Assembly: GCA_963798465.1 (NCBI GenBank)
Contig: CAWCTC010000001.1
Location: 528,465 to 592,464 of the forward strand
DNA length: 64,000 bases
Source: an uncultured bacterium
GTDB lineage: Bacteria; Patescibacteriota; Minisyncoccia; Phycocordibacterales; GWA1-40-21
Direction: 5' to 3'
Shown here: in pieces, positions 10,196 through 20,570 of the stretch
Layout: every line of letters starts with the position of its first letter
Position numbering within the stretch: the first letter of the stretch is position 1
Translations under genes and position numbers: made by a program
Notes under the pieces: generated by a model
Seen by the model: only the letters and a program-made list of their open reading frames with translations
Database searches by the model: none
What the model was told of the DNA's origin: nothing

Positions 10196-10238
10196 ATAAT
10201 TGTATTATAAAATTTTTTGTTAAAAAAAACCAGGAAAA

Positions 10239-11177
10239 CTATTCCGAAATTTTTTGTAGAGCTAATTGTGTCAGCTTCACAACATCGCTAAATCTTCCAT
10301 CGACAGTCGAACCCAAAACAACAACAGCAACCGGATGCATGATTCCAGCATCAAAAACTACAGCCAGATTTCCTCCAGCCAAATCCGTATATCCTGTTTT
10401 TGAAGCTATCAATCCTGGAATTTCATTCATAACGGCATCCGTATTTGAAGCCACATGTTTTATATTGCTTTCAGAAACAAAATCCTCAGTATTTTCACTC
10501 GTGCTTTCAATCAAAGACGGATTATTTTTTATAATATTTTTCAAAAGCATGGACACATCATATGCCGAACTGTATGCTCCACTCATGTCCTTATCAACAT
10601 CCAAGCCAGTTTCATTTATAAAAAATGTGTCCTTCAAACCAAGTGAGACGGCTTTATTATTCATCATCTCTATAATGTCTGTATTATTCGGCGCTTCATA
10701 ATTATTGAACACCGAAGCAATCGCATGTATTCCGCCATTTGAAGACATTATCAAGCTGAAATCTAAAAGATCTTTGAGATTCCATTTTTCCCCAGGTAAA
10801 AAACTGTCCGACAATCCGTTATCGGCATCAAGCGCAATATCGCTTTCATTTATCGTGACTGTAGTATCGGACGGCAGTACATCCATAAAAACTAATCCGG
10901 ACATCAGCTTAGTTATTGAAGCCAAAGGCAATTTTTCGTGTTCATCTTTTGAAAAAATCGCCTTATTTTCCGTAATATCATAAACATAATAAGATTTTGC
11001 TTGAATCGTATTCAATACAGATTGATAATCAAAACCCGATTTTTCAATCGTCGAGCCACCGGCAGGAGTGTCCGCCTTTTGAATTTTTAATATTAAAAAT
11101 ATGCACAAAAAAATCACAACCAATCCTGACACAATTATCAAAAATCTATTTTTTTTAAAAAATTTTTTAAAATGCAT
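10239..11177 (-). CDS. D-alanyl-D-alanine carboxypeptidase (S11, PBP5/6-like)
   Basis: N-terminal membrane anchor and SxxK active-site motif (LASITKLMSG); 312 aa. Confidence 0.8.
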   Translation of the reverse strand: MHFKKFFKKNRFLIIVSGLVVIFLCIFLILKIQKADTPAGGSTIEKSGFDYQSVLNTIQAKSYYVYDITENKAIFSKDEHEKLPLASITKLMSGLVFMDVLPSDTTVTINESDIALDADNGLSDSFLPGEKWNLKDLLDFSLIMSSNGGIHAIASVFNNYEAPNNTDIIEMMNNKAVSLGLKDTFFINETGLDVDKDMSGAYSSAYDVSMLLKNIIKNNPSLIESTSENTEDFVSESNIKHVASNTDAVMNEIPGLIASKTGYTDLAGGNLAVVFDAGIMHPVAVVVLGSTVDGRFSDVVKLTQLALQKISE

Positions 11178-11191
11178 TTTACTTGTCCTTA

Positions 11192-11828
11192 TTATTCCTG
11201 ATCAGGAATAGTTTCCTCTGATGTTTCCATTTCAGCCTCCAAATCTTTCACTGCTTCAGCTTCTTCAGGCTTTTCTTCCTCATCTTTATGCTGGCTATTT
11301 TTATAATTTTCTATTTCAGCTTTAGCTTCTGAATAGCTCGGCATGTCTTCTATTTTTGTAAGACCCATAAATGAAAGCATTTCAAAAGTCGGCTTGTACA
11401 AAAAGCTTCTCTGATCTTTTGGATTTGGGACTTTTTCCATCAAGCCTCTTATCATTAGATTTCTCACAATAAAGTTTGATTGAACTCCGCGAATATAATC
11501 TATTTCTGCGCGAGAAAGCGGACCCTGATAAATAATTATCGAAAGGGTTTCAAGTCCGGCTTTTCCAAGATCTCGGACAAGTTCTTCTTTTGTAAGTTTT
11601 TCTATAAGTAGAGATACATCTTTTGATGTGCCGAGAGCAACTTCATCTTCCTTGAAAATCAAAACTATTCCTCTACCGCCAAGCTTGTTTCAAGATTTTT
11701 CAGAGCAGTAGAAATTTCTTCTTCTGATTTTCCAAAAATTTGTGAAAGTTTTTTTATCGAAACAGGCTCGCCTTTCCAAAAAAGAATGCTTCTATTTTTT
11801 TTTCTAATTCTAAATTATTTTCTTGCAT
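11192..11828 (-). pseudogene. scpB: Segregation/condensation protein ScpB, frame interrupted twice near the N-terminus
   Basis: ORF 11192..11662 holds the ScpB core. The first ~55 codons can be read only by changing frame twice: ATG 11828 MQENNLELEKKIEA / ILFWKGEPVSIKKLSQIFGKSEEEISTALKNLETSL / GGRGIVLIFKEDEVALG. Confidence 0.8.
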
Positions 11829-11877
11829 TGTATTATATTTTTTAATTTACTTTTGACTTTACGGACTTTACGGACTT

Positions 11878-12616
11878 TTAACTAATACATCGGTACTCCG
11901 ATGATTTTGTTTCCATCTGAATATCATCAAACTTTTCTCGCTGATTTACTTCTATTATACCTTGTTTTACGAGCTCAAGCATAGCCAAAAAACTGACAAT
12001 AACATTAATTTTATCCGCTTTTCCTATTCCAGAAAAATCTTTAAAACTCATTTTCAAGCGATGATTGAACTCTCTCCGTAAGATTTGTAATCATTTCTTC
12101 AAGACTGATGACTTTTGTCACTTTGAATTTCGGTTTCACTTCAAATTTCGGCAGATTTTTTATGACTTCAAATATCGCTTTGGCAATATTTTCTTTTGTC
12201 ATTTCTGTGTCAGGAGAAAAAACTGGCTCAATTTTCTTGTCATTCGGAAAGAATAATAATATGTTTGCCGAAAGTATTTTTTATATGAGCGCTCAATTCT
12301 TTGATTTTCTTGTAAATTTTGAGTTTCAATTCCAAATCATGAATATCGGTTTTTTCTTCTTCGGAAAGATCAAGATATCGGCAGATAGTGATTTTGATTT
12401 AATGAGCAAGAAGTGTGGAAGCGATCACCAAGAAATTCAGAAGTATCCTTGATGGAATAAATTTCCCTATTTTGCAAATACGAAATAAAATCATCCGTAA
12501 CTTTTGAAAGCGAAACCTCATTTATCATAAGCTTCCTTTTTTCAATAAGAGAAAGCAGAAGGTCCAGTCGGCCCCTCAAAAACTTCTGTTTTGATTTTGA
12601 ATGATTCTTCTGACAT
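11878..12616 (-). pseudogene. scpA: Segregation/condensation protein ScpA (kleisin), at least 4 frame changes
   Basis: Own translation, with | marking frame changes: MSEESFKIKTEVFEGP|LDLLLSLIEKRKLMINEVSLSKVTDDFISYLQ..SEFL|VIASTLLA|..EEKTDIHDLELKLKIYKKIKELSAHIKNTFGKH|..VISLEEMITNLTERV..INVIVSFLAMLELVKQGIIEVNQREKFDDIQ. The ATG overlaps the upstream stop (TAATG, 12614-12618). Confidence 0.75.
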
Positions 12617-13125
12617 TATTTTATTTTTGAAAACAGATTTTCATCAATCATCTTACGATTTTTTAAAACATTATTTCTAAGTATTCCCTCAAGTTTAAAA
12701 CCATTCTTAATTAAAACTCTTGACGAAGCTTTATTTTGTGGGTATGTGTAAGCATAAATTCTTCTTAATTTTAATTTTTTAAAATAATAATTTGTTGCTA
12801 ATTTTATTACTTCAGTCATAATACCCTTTCCCCAATTTTCTTTTGAAAGCCAGTAACCAAAATCGGCCTTAAATGAGTGATCTTTATCTGCACCAATATT
12901 TATCATTCCAGAAGCTAAACCATTAATATCAATTATAAAAAGATTATCACAGCTACTTTTTATATTTTTTTTCATCTCTTTTGGTGTAAATTTTTTATAT
13001 TTTGAGCGCAAAAGATTTTGAACATTCTTATTATTTATAATTTCTGATAATGAAAATTCATCTCCCTTTCTGTAAGGTCTTAAAATAAATCCTTTTCCTT
13101 TTAATATAATTTCTTTATTTTTCAT
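12616..13125 (-). CDS. GNAT-family N-acetyltransferase (RimJ/RimL-like), paralog 2
   Basis: 169 aa with a GNAT core (GYWLSKENWGKGIMTE.., ..NKASSRVLIKNGFKLEGIL). It shares the N-terminal block ILKGKGFILRPYRKGD with the upstream gene. Confidence 0.85.
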   Translation of the reverse strand: MKNKEIILKGKGFILRPYRKGDEFSLSEIINNKNVQNLLRSKYKKFTPKEMKKNIKSSCDNLFIIDINGLASGMINIGADKDHSFKADFGYWLSKENWGKGIMTEVIKLATNYYFKKLKLRRIYAYTYPQNKASSRVLIKNGFKLEGILRNNVLKNRKMIDENLFSKIK

Positions 13126-13687
13126 TTCTTAATTTGCTAAACATATATTCATCTATTAGTTTACCACGATATTTACGATTTTTTCTCAAAATTCCCTCCA
13201 GTTTAAAACCATTTTTTAATAAAACTTTTTTAGAAGCGTCATTCCAAGTAAAAACTACTGCTTCTACCCTTTGTAAACCCTTAATTGTCTTAAAAAGATA
13301 ATTCTTATAAATTTTTATAGATTCAGATATTATTCCTTTATTCCAGTATTTTTCCCCGAGCCAATAACCAAATGTAAATATAAGAGGCTCATTATTTTTC
13401 TTGAAATATCCCCCGATAACCCCGACAGCAAGTCCACCAACATCAATTACAAAATCATTTTGGCTGTGTTTATTTGCTTTTTCTACAATTGATGCATTAA
13501 TAAAATTTTTAGATTCTTTCATAATATTTAAACTTATAGAATTTGTTATGAAATTTCTAAAAATAGTTTTATTGCCAGCATTTTTTACCAAAGAAATAAA
13601 ATCCTCTTTCTTATAGGGTCTTAAAATAAATCCTTTTCCTTTTAATGTAATTTCTTTATTTTTCACTTTTTTTCTGCTTAATCTCAA
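13115..13687 (-). CDS. GNAT-family N-acetyltransferase (RimJ/RimL-like), paralog 1
   Basis: 190 aa (GYWLGEKYWNKGIISE.., ..NDASKKVLLKNGFKLEGIL). It overlaps the aspS 3' end by 32 nt and the next GNAT by 11 nt. Confidence 0.85.
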   Translation of the reverse strand: MRLSRKKVKNKEITLKGKGFILRPYKKEDFISLVKNAGNKTIFRNFITNSISLNIMKESKNFINASIVEKANKHSQNDFVIDVGGLAVGVIGGYFKKNNEPLIFTFGYWLGEKYWNKGIISESIKIYKNYLFKTIKGLQRVEAVVFTWNDASKKVLLKNGFKLEGILRKNRKYRGKLIDEYMFSKLRNEK

Positions 13688-15062
13688 TTCTCAAATCTCT
13701 TAGTTGTTCTGCAGATACAGGTCCTGGAGCATTTATCATTAAATCTTTTCCTTCACCATTTTTTGCAAAAGCAATAACTTCGCGAATATTTGGTTCATTT
13801 TCAAGGATCATAATAAGTCTATCAAGCCCCCAAGCGATTCCTCCATGTGGTGGAACTCCTGTCTCAAACGCTCTAAGCATATGACCATATTCTCTTTCAA
13901 TTTTCTCATCGCTGAAGTCCATTATTTCAAGAACTTTTCTCAAAGCTTCAGGTCTATGATTTCTAATACTTCCTCCACCAGCTTCATTTCCGTTTAAAGC
14001 AAGATCATACTGTGCAGCCATAATATTTTCAATGTTTGTTTTCGCCATCAAATCTTTCATTGATTCTGGTTTTGTTGTTGAAAAAGGATTGTGAGTAAAA
14101 GTCCATTTTCCTTTATCATCTTTTTCAAACATTGGAAAATCTACAACCCAAGCAAAAGCTAATAAATCTTTATCTTCCTTGTCTTTTCTCAAATCTGGCT
14201 TATCTGTTCCATATTTTTCCATAGATTCTTTATAAGTAATCTTTGGAAAAGGAATTTGCTGAATTTTCTTTTGGGGATAAAGTTTTTGAATAACTTCAAT
14301 AATAACTCTTTCATTTACACCCATTACATCTTCCTCCGTCGGGAAGCTCATTTCTAAGTCCATCTGAGTGAACTCCGGCTGTCTATCTCCTCTTGTATCT
14401 TCATCGCGGAAACATCTAGCAAATTGGAAATATTTTTCAAATCCGGAAGCCATCAGAAGCTGTTTGTATTGCTGTGGAGATTGTGGAAGAGCGTAAAAAC
14501 TTCCAGTTTCAATTCTTGAAGGCACTATAAAATCCCTTGAACCTTCTGCCGTAGCATTTGTAAGAATTGGAGTTTCAATTTCACAAAAACCTTCTTTTTC
14601 AAGAAGAGTTCTTACAAGTGTCATGACTTTGCTTCTGTTGCGAATATTTTTTTGTAGTCTTGGTCTTCTAAGATCCAAATATCTATTTTTCAAACGAGAT
14701 TCTTCTCCAATTTCCATTCCGTCACTTCTGACATCTATAGCTGGAGTAATTGCTTCATTCAAAACAGCAAGTGAAAGCATTTCTATTTCAACTGCACCAT
14801 TTGCTTCATCTTTGTTCACCATTTTTTCAGGGCGAGCATTTACTTTTCCAGTTACTTCAACAACCCATTCTGGTCTGACAGTGTTTGCTGCTGTGTGTGC
14901 TTCTGCATGATTTGGCAAAGCTACCATCTGAACTTTTCCGGACATATCACGAAGATCTATGAAAATAAGTTTTCCGTGGTCGCGTCTAACATCCACCCAT
15001 CCGCAGATTTTTACTTCTTCTCCAACTTTTTTATTTAATTCTCCAATGTATGTTCTTTGCAT
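13656..15062 (-). CDS. aspS: Aspartyl-tRNA synthetase, short form lacking the bacterial insertion domain
   Basis: Class II motifs FRDEDTRGDRQPEFTQMDLEMSF, GGGSIR and GLDRL. DKPDLRKDKEDKDLLAFAWVVDFPMFE joins directly where E. coli AspRS carries its ~130-aa insertion; 468 aa. Confidence 0.93.
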   Translation of the reverse strand: MQRTYIGELNKKVGEEVKICGWVDVRRDHGKLIFIDLRDMSGKVQMVALPNHAEAHTAANTVRPEWVVEVTGKVNARPEKMVNKDEANGAVEIEMLSLAVLNEAITPAIDVRSDGMEIGEESRLKNRYLDLRRPRLQKNIRNRSKVMTLVRTLLEKEGFCEIETPILTNATAEGSRDFIVPSRIETGSFYALPQSPQQYKQLLMASGFEKYFQFARCFRDEDTRGDRQPEFTQMDLEMSFPTEEDVMGVNERVIIEVIQKLYPQKKIQQIPFPKITYKESMEKYGTDKPDLRKDKEDKDLLAFAWVVDFPMFEKDDKGKWTFTHNPFSTTKPESMKDLMAKTNIENIMAAQYDLALNGNEAGGGSIRNHRPEALRKVLEIMDFSDEKIEREYGHMLRAFETGVPPHGGIAWGLDRLIMILENEPNIREVIAFAKNGEGKDLMINAPGPVSAEQLRDLRIEIKQKKSEK

Positions 15063-15084
15063 TTTTTTATAATAAATTAATAAC

Positions 15085-15290
15085 CAAAATAAATCGCCCT
15101 CGCAAGAACCGAAATATTATTTCGATTTTTGCGAGGGCGAACGAGTTCGCGGTGCCACCTCACTTCTCGCCCGAAGAAAATTTTTAATAAAATTTTAACG
15201 GGTTTCTCATTAGGAGTTCTACTCACCCGAAGGCTTTCTTCTCCAAACTCCGCCGTGTTTTCGGCTTCAACGTTTATGTCTATATATTAC
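15085..15290 (-). promoter_or_regulatory. T-box leader (tRNA-sensing transcription attenuator) upstream of aspS
   Basis: In minus sense the T-box core is GTGAGGTGGCACCGCGAAC (complement of 15148-15161). It is followed by a terminator, TCGCCCTCGCAA..TTGCGAGGGCGA (15094-15140), then TTTATTTT. An upstream stem I-like helix reads GGAGTT..GGGTGAGTAGAACTCC. Confidence 0.8.
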
Positions 15291-15346
15291 AACTTATGTT
15301 GAAATAAACAAGGGATTTTACCTCTTGTTTATTTTTTGAAGAATCT

Positions 15347-17182
15347 TTATTTATAACCCTCAGCCTGCAAATTAAATAATCTTGCATATTCGCCATTCAA
15401 TTTCATAAGTTCTTCGTGGGTGCCGTCTTCACGAACTCTGCCTTCATCTATCACAATAATCCTGTCCGCAGTTCTAACGGTAGAAAATCTGTGCGAAATT
15501 AATATGACCGTTTTTTCTTTTGGAAGTTTTGCAAGAGATTCAAATATTTTTGACTCCGCATCAGCATCAATAGAAGAAGTCGGCTCGTCGAGAATCCAAA
15601 TCTTCGGGTCACGATAAAACAATCTGGCAATTCCCAATTTCTGCCATTGTCCTCCGGAAGGCTCAACTCCATCTTTGAAAATTTTCCCGAGCTGTTGGTC
15701 ATATTTATGATCCCATTTTTCTATGAAAACTGCATCGGCGCTTCTTGCGGAAGAAATCATTTTATTTTCATCATAAGGTTTTTTGACATCGCCGAAACTT
15801 ATGAGCTCGCTAACTTTTGTAAAATCAAATTTTGCAAAATCCTGGAAAAGAATGCCAATATTTTCGTACCATAAATCTCTTTTTAAAGTTTTTATATTTT
15901 TTCCATCAACTAAAATTTTCCCTTTATCCGGATCGTAAAAACGGCAAATCAATTTTACAAGAGTTGTTTTTCCAGCGCCGTTCAATCCCACGATTGCAAG
16001 CTTTTCGCCTGGAGGAATTTTCAAAGATAAATTTTCGTAAACATTTTTCTTGCCTCCGGGATAAGAAAAAGAAACTCCTTCAAAAACAATTTCCGGAGCT
16101 TTGCCGGTATCTTCCAATTTATCGTTGCCGTCAATTATCTTGTCTTTTATCTTCAGAAAAGTCGAGAGATCATGAATATAAAGTCTGTCTTCCTGCTGAC
16201 TGCCAATACTAGAAAACAGTGCATTGATGGAATTCTGAAAACCGACCATGCCTCCAAAAATAAATATAACCGTACCTGCCTGCATACTTCCCACAAGCGC
16301 CATTTTCGTAAAATAAATTATTGAGAACAAAAGCATTCCTTGGCTTAGAATTGTTGCAAACATCTGTTCAAGCAGATATTTATTTTCATTTTTCAACTGC
16401 TTATTTTCCACGCCAGTGATAAAATCATTTATTTTGCCGACAAATTTTTTGCCAAGACCAAATAATTTTATTTCCGTCAATGATGACAATGATTGTATAA
16501 AATTTTTCACAGACCAAAATTTTTCTCTCTCGTCATTATCAATATCGTCTCCCCAAATATACCATCCGCGTTTTCCATAATTTGTGCTTATAATCAATTG
16601 AGGTATTGAGGCCAAAAAAATCAAAACAAATATTAACAGAGATTGTTTTGCTATGATTACCGATGCAAAAATCACAGTAATAACGCTCTGATAATCGTAA
16701 AAAATATTAGTCAATATATTGCTTATTACATGAGTTCCTTTCTGATTAATTCTGTTTACAAAATTATTGAATTCGGTATTTTCATACTGTTGTACATACA
16801 CTTCTATTCTTTTTTGCGCCATCAAAAGGTCGAAATGCTTTGACAGGAAAAAATAGACGACTTTCGTGAAAAAGTTCTGAAAAATATATAAGAATGCCGG
16901 AATAATAAGCGAAGCGCCGAGAAGAGACAGAGAAAATATAACAGCTTTTTTATTTACAGTGTGACCTATAGAATTGACAATGGTATTCACCAGAACTCCA
17001 TTTGCATATGCCTGAAATAGCGAAGCTAGCGCAATGCAAGTCGAAACAAAAAACAATGACGTCAAAATCACATAGTGTTTTTTCCATACTATTTTGAACA
17101 GCCAAGCAATATCTTTAAAAAAATCTTTCCAATGGCTCAGCACTTTTATATTCTTTTTTTCAATTTTTTCTTCTTCAAGCAT
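15347..17182 (-). CDS. ABC exporter, fused permease/ATPase (MsbA-type half transporter)
   Basis: 611 aa with an N-terminal 6-TM domain, Walker A GLNGAGKTT, signature SGGQWQKL and Walker B ILDEPTSSID. Confidence 0.9.
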   Translation of the reverse strand: MLEEEKIEKKNIKVLSHWKDFFKDIAWLFKIVWKKHYVILTSLFFVSTCIALASLFQAYANGVLVNTIVNSIGHTVNKKAVIFSLSLLGASLIIPAFLYIFQNFFTKVVYFFLSKHFDLLMAQKRIEVYVQQYENTEFNNFVNRINQKGTHVISNILTNIFYDYQSVITVIFASVIIAKQSLLIFVLIFLASIPQLIISTNYGKRGWYIWGDDIDNDEREKFWSVKNFIQSLSSLTEIKLFGLGKKFVGKINDFITGVENKQLKNENKYLLEQMFATILSQGMLLFSIIYFTKMALVGSMQAGTVIFIFGGMVGFQNSINALFSSIGSQQEDRLYIHDLSTFLKIKDKIIDGNDKLEDTGKAPEIVFEGVSFSYPGGKKNVYENLSLKIPPGEKLAIVGLNGAGKTTLVKLICRFYDPDKGKILVDGKNIKTLKRDLWYENIGILFQDFAKFDFTKVSELISFGDVKKPYDENKMISSARSADAVFIEKWDHKYDQQLGKIFKDGVEPSGGQWQKLGIARLFYRDPKIWILDEPTSSIDADAESKIFESLAKLPKEKTVILISHRFSTVRTADRIIVIDEGRVREDGTHEELMKLNGEYARLFNLQAEGYK

Positions 17183-17241
17183 AAATAAAAAAGCTTCTTC
17201 AGCTCAGGACAGTATTAAAGCACACTTTATAAATTAGTAAA

Positions 17242-18228
17242 TTAATAAATTTCCACACCGACTTTTTCGCGGATTTCTTTCATTTTCTTTTCAGCGTTCA
17301 TTGAAGCTCTTTTTCCGCCCTCTTTCAGAATATCGAGGACTGAATCCATATCTTTGGCGAGCATTTCCCTTTTTTCTCTCATAGGCTTTATGAAAGAAAT
17401 CAAATCTTTAATGAGTAATTCTTTTGCCTCCTTGTAACCCATTCCGCCTTTCTCGTATCTTTCTTTTAACGGTTTTGTATTCTCTGCGCTCAAAAATAAT
17501 TTATGGATTGCAAACAAAATCGATTCATCTGGATTTTTCGATTCATCTATACCTTTTGAATCTGTTGGAATTTTCATAACAGCTTTTTTTATTTCTTCGT
17601 CAGTAGCAAAAAGCGGAATTACATTGTCATAACTCTTACTCATTTTTCTGCCGTCTATTCCAGGAACCGTTTCAACGTGTGTGAGAATAAGTGGTTTGGG
17701 AAGTTTAAAAGTCTCGCCATAAGCATTGTTAAACTTCTGTGCTATATCACGTGCGTATTCTATGTGTTGTTTTTGATCCTGACCTACGGGAACGATATCT
17801 GCATCTTGTATCAAAATATCAGAAGCCATAAGAATTGGATAATCAAAAAGTCCAACGTTCACATCTTTACCTTTTACTTGTGCATCTTTATAAGCATGTG
17901 CTCTTTCTAAATAAGGAACGGTTGTAAGACAATTAAATATCCAGGTAAGCTCTGCTACTTCTTGAACATCGGATTGTTTAAATAAAATAACTTTTTTTGG
18001 ATCAAGACCAACAGCCAAATAATCTAAGGCTACATCAATAATCCCTTTTGAAAGTTCTTCTTTATTTTGAACTGTAGTCATTGCATGATAGTCAGCAATA
18101 AAAATATAACAATCAAATTCATCTTGTAAATCAACAAATTGTTTCATCGCTCCAAAATAGTTTCCTATATGAACTCTTCCTGTTGGTTTGACTCCAGATA
18201 AAAGTATTTTTTTTGATTCTTTTGACAT
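17242..18228 (-). CDS. trpS: Tryptophanyl-tRNA synthetase
   Basis: 328 aa with a HIGH-type motif (GRVHIGNY) and KMSKS (GRKMSKSY). Confidence 0.95.
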   Translation of the reverse strand: MSKESKKILLSGVKPTGRVHIGNYFGAMKQFVDLQDEFDCYIFIADYHAMTTVQNKEELSKGIIDVALDYLAVGLDPKKVILFKQSDVQEVAELTWIFNCLTTVPYLERAHAYKDAQVKGKDVNVGLFDYPILMASDILIQDADIVPVGQDQKQHIEYARDIAQKFNNAYGETFKLPKPLILTHVETVPGIDGRKMSKSYDNVIPLFATDEEIKKAVMKIPTDSKGIDESKNPDESILFAIHKLFLSAENTKPLKERYEKGGMGYKEAKELLIKDLISFIKPMREKREMLAKDMDSVLDILKEGGKRASMNAEKKMKEIREKVGVEIY

Positions 18229-18313
18229 AAGAATAATATATCAGAAAAAGCATATATTTAAAAGAAATAAAATGTTATAAATCAATGGTTTAAATGATAT
18301 TATAGTCAAAACT

Positions 18314-19390
18314 ATGAACATAACCATAAATAATGTTTTTCTTTCAAATCTGATTATCATGTCGATTCTTGCAATCGCGATATTACTTTCTATTAAAAAG
18401 AAGGATAATTTTGACATGCTTTCAATCTCGGTAACCCAAGAATTAAAAGGGTTGGCCATTTTAGGCGTCATTTTTTGCCACATTGGCTATTTCCTATCTA
18501 CAAATCATAATTTTTTATTTCCGTTGTCTATTATATCCGGAATAAGTGTTGATCTTTTTTTATTTTTATCCGGCTTTGGCTTGACAATGAGTGCGCTTAA
18601 GAAAGATATATCTATACCAAAATTCTATAAAAAAAATCTACCAAAACTTTATGTTCCATTTTGGATTACTTTGATTATTTTATTTTTAATGAGTTTTTTC
18701 ATTGCACACATCGGTTATTCTTTTTCATACATAATAAAATCATTTGCCGGAATTTTTACTACAGCCGATATTTTTAAAGACCTCAATTCCCCGCTCTGGT
18801 TTTTCACTCTTATAGTTTTTTATTATTTATTATTTCCGCTACTTTTTTCAAAAAAGAAACCTTGGATTTCTGCGACAATAATTTTTCTTATTACTTTCAT
18901 ACTAACCAAGTTCAATTTAATAAACGGAGTAAACGAATTATACTGTGCACATATTGTCGCTTTTCCGCTTGGAATAATAATTGCCTCAATATTATCAAAT
19001 GAAAAAATCACTGGAAATATAAAAAATATAATTTCAAAAATGAACTGGCTTTTTTATTTTCTAACTTTACTAATATCAATGTCTGTTTTTTCTTTGCTAG
19101 CATATTTCTCCGGTTCTGGGCAAGGAGTATTTGTAAAAGACTCTATAAGCATAATCGCAATGCTTTCCATCATAATTTTCTTTATTATCAAAAAATTTGA
19201 TATCAAAATATTTTATATTCTCGGATTATATTCTTATGAAATATATTTGCTTCACTGGCCAATTATGTATCACTATGATTTTATTTATAAATTTGTTCCG
19301 GCATGGCTTGCAACAACTTTATATATAATAATTTTCCTTGGACTTGGCTTCTTACTTAAAAAAGTTTCAGACAACATAACTAAAAAATAA
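18314..19390 (+). CDS. Membrane acyltransferase (Acyltransferase_3 / OatA-like family)
   Basis: 358 aa with about 10 TM helices and blocks GLAILGVIFCHIGYF and YSYEIYLLHWP. It is one of the few plus-strand genes. Confidence 0.7.
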   Translation: MNITINNVFLSNLIIMSILAIAILLSIKKKDNFDMLSISVTQELKGLAILGVIFCHIGYFLSTNHNFLFPLSIISGISVDLFLFLSGFGLTMSALKKDISIPKFYKKNLPKLYVPFWITLIILFLMSFFIAHIGYSFSYIIKSFAGIFTTADIFKDLNSPLWFFTLIVFYYLLFPLLFSKKKPWISATIIFLITFILTKFNLINGVNELYCAHIVAFPLGIIIASILSNEKITGNIKNIISKMNWLFYFLTLLISMSVFSLLAYFSGSGQGVFVKDSISIIAMLSIIIFFIIKKFDIKIFYILGLYSYEIYLLHWPIMYHYDFIYKFVPAWLATTLYIIIFLGLGFLLKKVSDNITKK

Positions 19391-19400
19391 TTAAATAAAT

Positions 19401-19437
19401 AAAAATAGGCGGCACGCTTCGCGTGCCGCCTATTTTT
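19401..19437. terminator. Bidirectional rho-independent terminator
   Basis: AAAAATAGGCGGCACGC-TTC-GCGTGCCGCCTATTTTT lies between the convergent acyltransferase and dnaJ genes. Confidence 0.85.
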
Positions 19438-19438
19438 A

Positions 19439-20527
19439 TTATATTCCCTCTTCTTTTAATTTTTCAAAATCTTTTTTCGCTTTTCCAGAAAGTCGGCTTG
19501 GAATTTTGATATTCAATTTGACTAGCAAATCCCCTCTTTTATCAGCCGACGTAGGCACTCCTTTGCCTCTAATACGCAATATTTGCCCGAATTCAGCCCC
19601 TTCAGGAACCTTGAGTTCTATCTCTCCGTCGAGCGTTTTAAGGCTATATTTGGCCCCCAAAATAGCATCGGTAAGTTTGATGTTCAATTCCGTCACAAGA
19701 TTTTTCCCTTCTTTTTTAAACAGCGAATCTTTTCTGACATGAATTTTTATGTACAAATCTCCAGAGCTTCCGCCTTTCAAAGATTCTCCCGCGCCAGAAA
19801 GTCTAACAGTTTCTCCGTCATTTATATCTGCTGGAATTTTCACGGAAAATGATTCTTCTTTTTTTTCAATTCCCGATCCAGAACAGTTCGAACATTTTTC
19901 TTTTGGAATTTTTCCAGTTCCTTCGCAAACTTCGCAAACTCTTTCCGTCACTATCGGACCGAGAAAAGATCTTTTTGTTTCGCGGACTCTTCCTTGTCCT
20001 CCGCATTCATGGCACATCTGCATCTGCGTTCCGCTTTTTGCACCGGTTCCGTTGCAGACTTTGCATTTTGAATTTTTAGTCAGGCGAATTGTTTTTTCAA
20101 CTCCAAAAACAGATTCAGAAAAAGTGAGCTCCAAGTCAACATGAATATCTCTTCCTTTTTTCGGCCTGCTTCTTTGCGACGAACCTCCGCCAAAAAAATC
20201 TCCAAAAATATCGCCGAGATCAAAATCTACATTTTGTCCGCCTTGGAAACCGGAAAAATCAAATCCTTCAAAACCATTACCACCTTGGTATTGCTGTCCT
20301 CCAAATCCGCCAGCACCAGGTCCAGCACTTCCGTATGAATCATATTGTGCCCTTTTGTTGTCATCAGAAAGCACACTGTAAGCTTCACTTACTTCTTTAA
20401 ATTTTTCGGCATTTCCGCCTTTGTCCGGATGATGTTCCATTGCAAGTTTTCTGAAAGCTTTTTTAACATCTTCCTTACTTGCACTTTTATCAATACCGAG
20501 TGTTTTGTAATAATCTTTGTTGGCCAT
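19439..20527 (-). CDS. dnaJ: Chaperone DnaJ
   Basis: J-domain HPD ([10 protein letters not shown]), a G/F-rich linker, and four CxxCxGxG zinc motifs. Confidence 0.97.
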   Translation of the reverse strand: MANKDYYKTLGIDKSASKEDVKKAFRKLAMEHHPDKGGNAEKFKEVSEAYSVLSDDNKRAQYDSYGSAGPGAGGFGGQQYQGGNGFEGFDFSGFQGGQNVDFDLGDIFGDFFGGGSSQRSRPKKGRDIHVDLELTFSESVFGVEKTIRLTKNSKCKVCNGTGAKSGTQMQMCHECGGQGRVRETKRSFLGPIVTERVCEVCEGTGKIPKEKCSNCSGSGIEKKEESFSVKIPADINDGETVRLSGAGESLKGGSSGDLYIKIHVRKDSLFKKEGKNLVTELNIKLTDAILGAKYSLKTLDGEIELKVPEGAEFGQILRIRGKGVPTSADKRGDLLVKLNIKIPSRLSGKAKKDFEKLKEEGI

Positions 20528-20541
20528 GATGTTTTTTGTAT

Positions 20542-20570
20542 GTCTTTGCGAGCGTAGCGAAGCAATCTAG
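20542..20570 (+). repeat. GTCAT-hairpin-CCAG module (A type), forward orientation; left arm flanking the GIY-YIG gene
   Basis: GTCTTTGCGAGCGTAGCGAAGCAATCTAG. Its end overlaps the GIY-YIG stop codon. Confidence 0.85.

Noticed and set aside
18241-18483. The 80-aa minus-strand ORF between trpS and the acyltransferase gene
   Set aside because: It overlaps the 5' end of the plus-strand acyltransferase gene, has no RBS, and has a low-complexity hydrophobic product typical of antisense translation of a membrane-protein gene.
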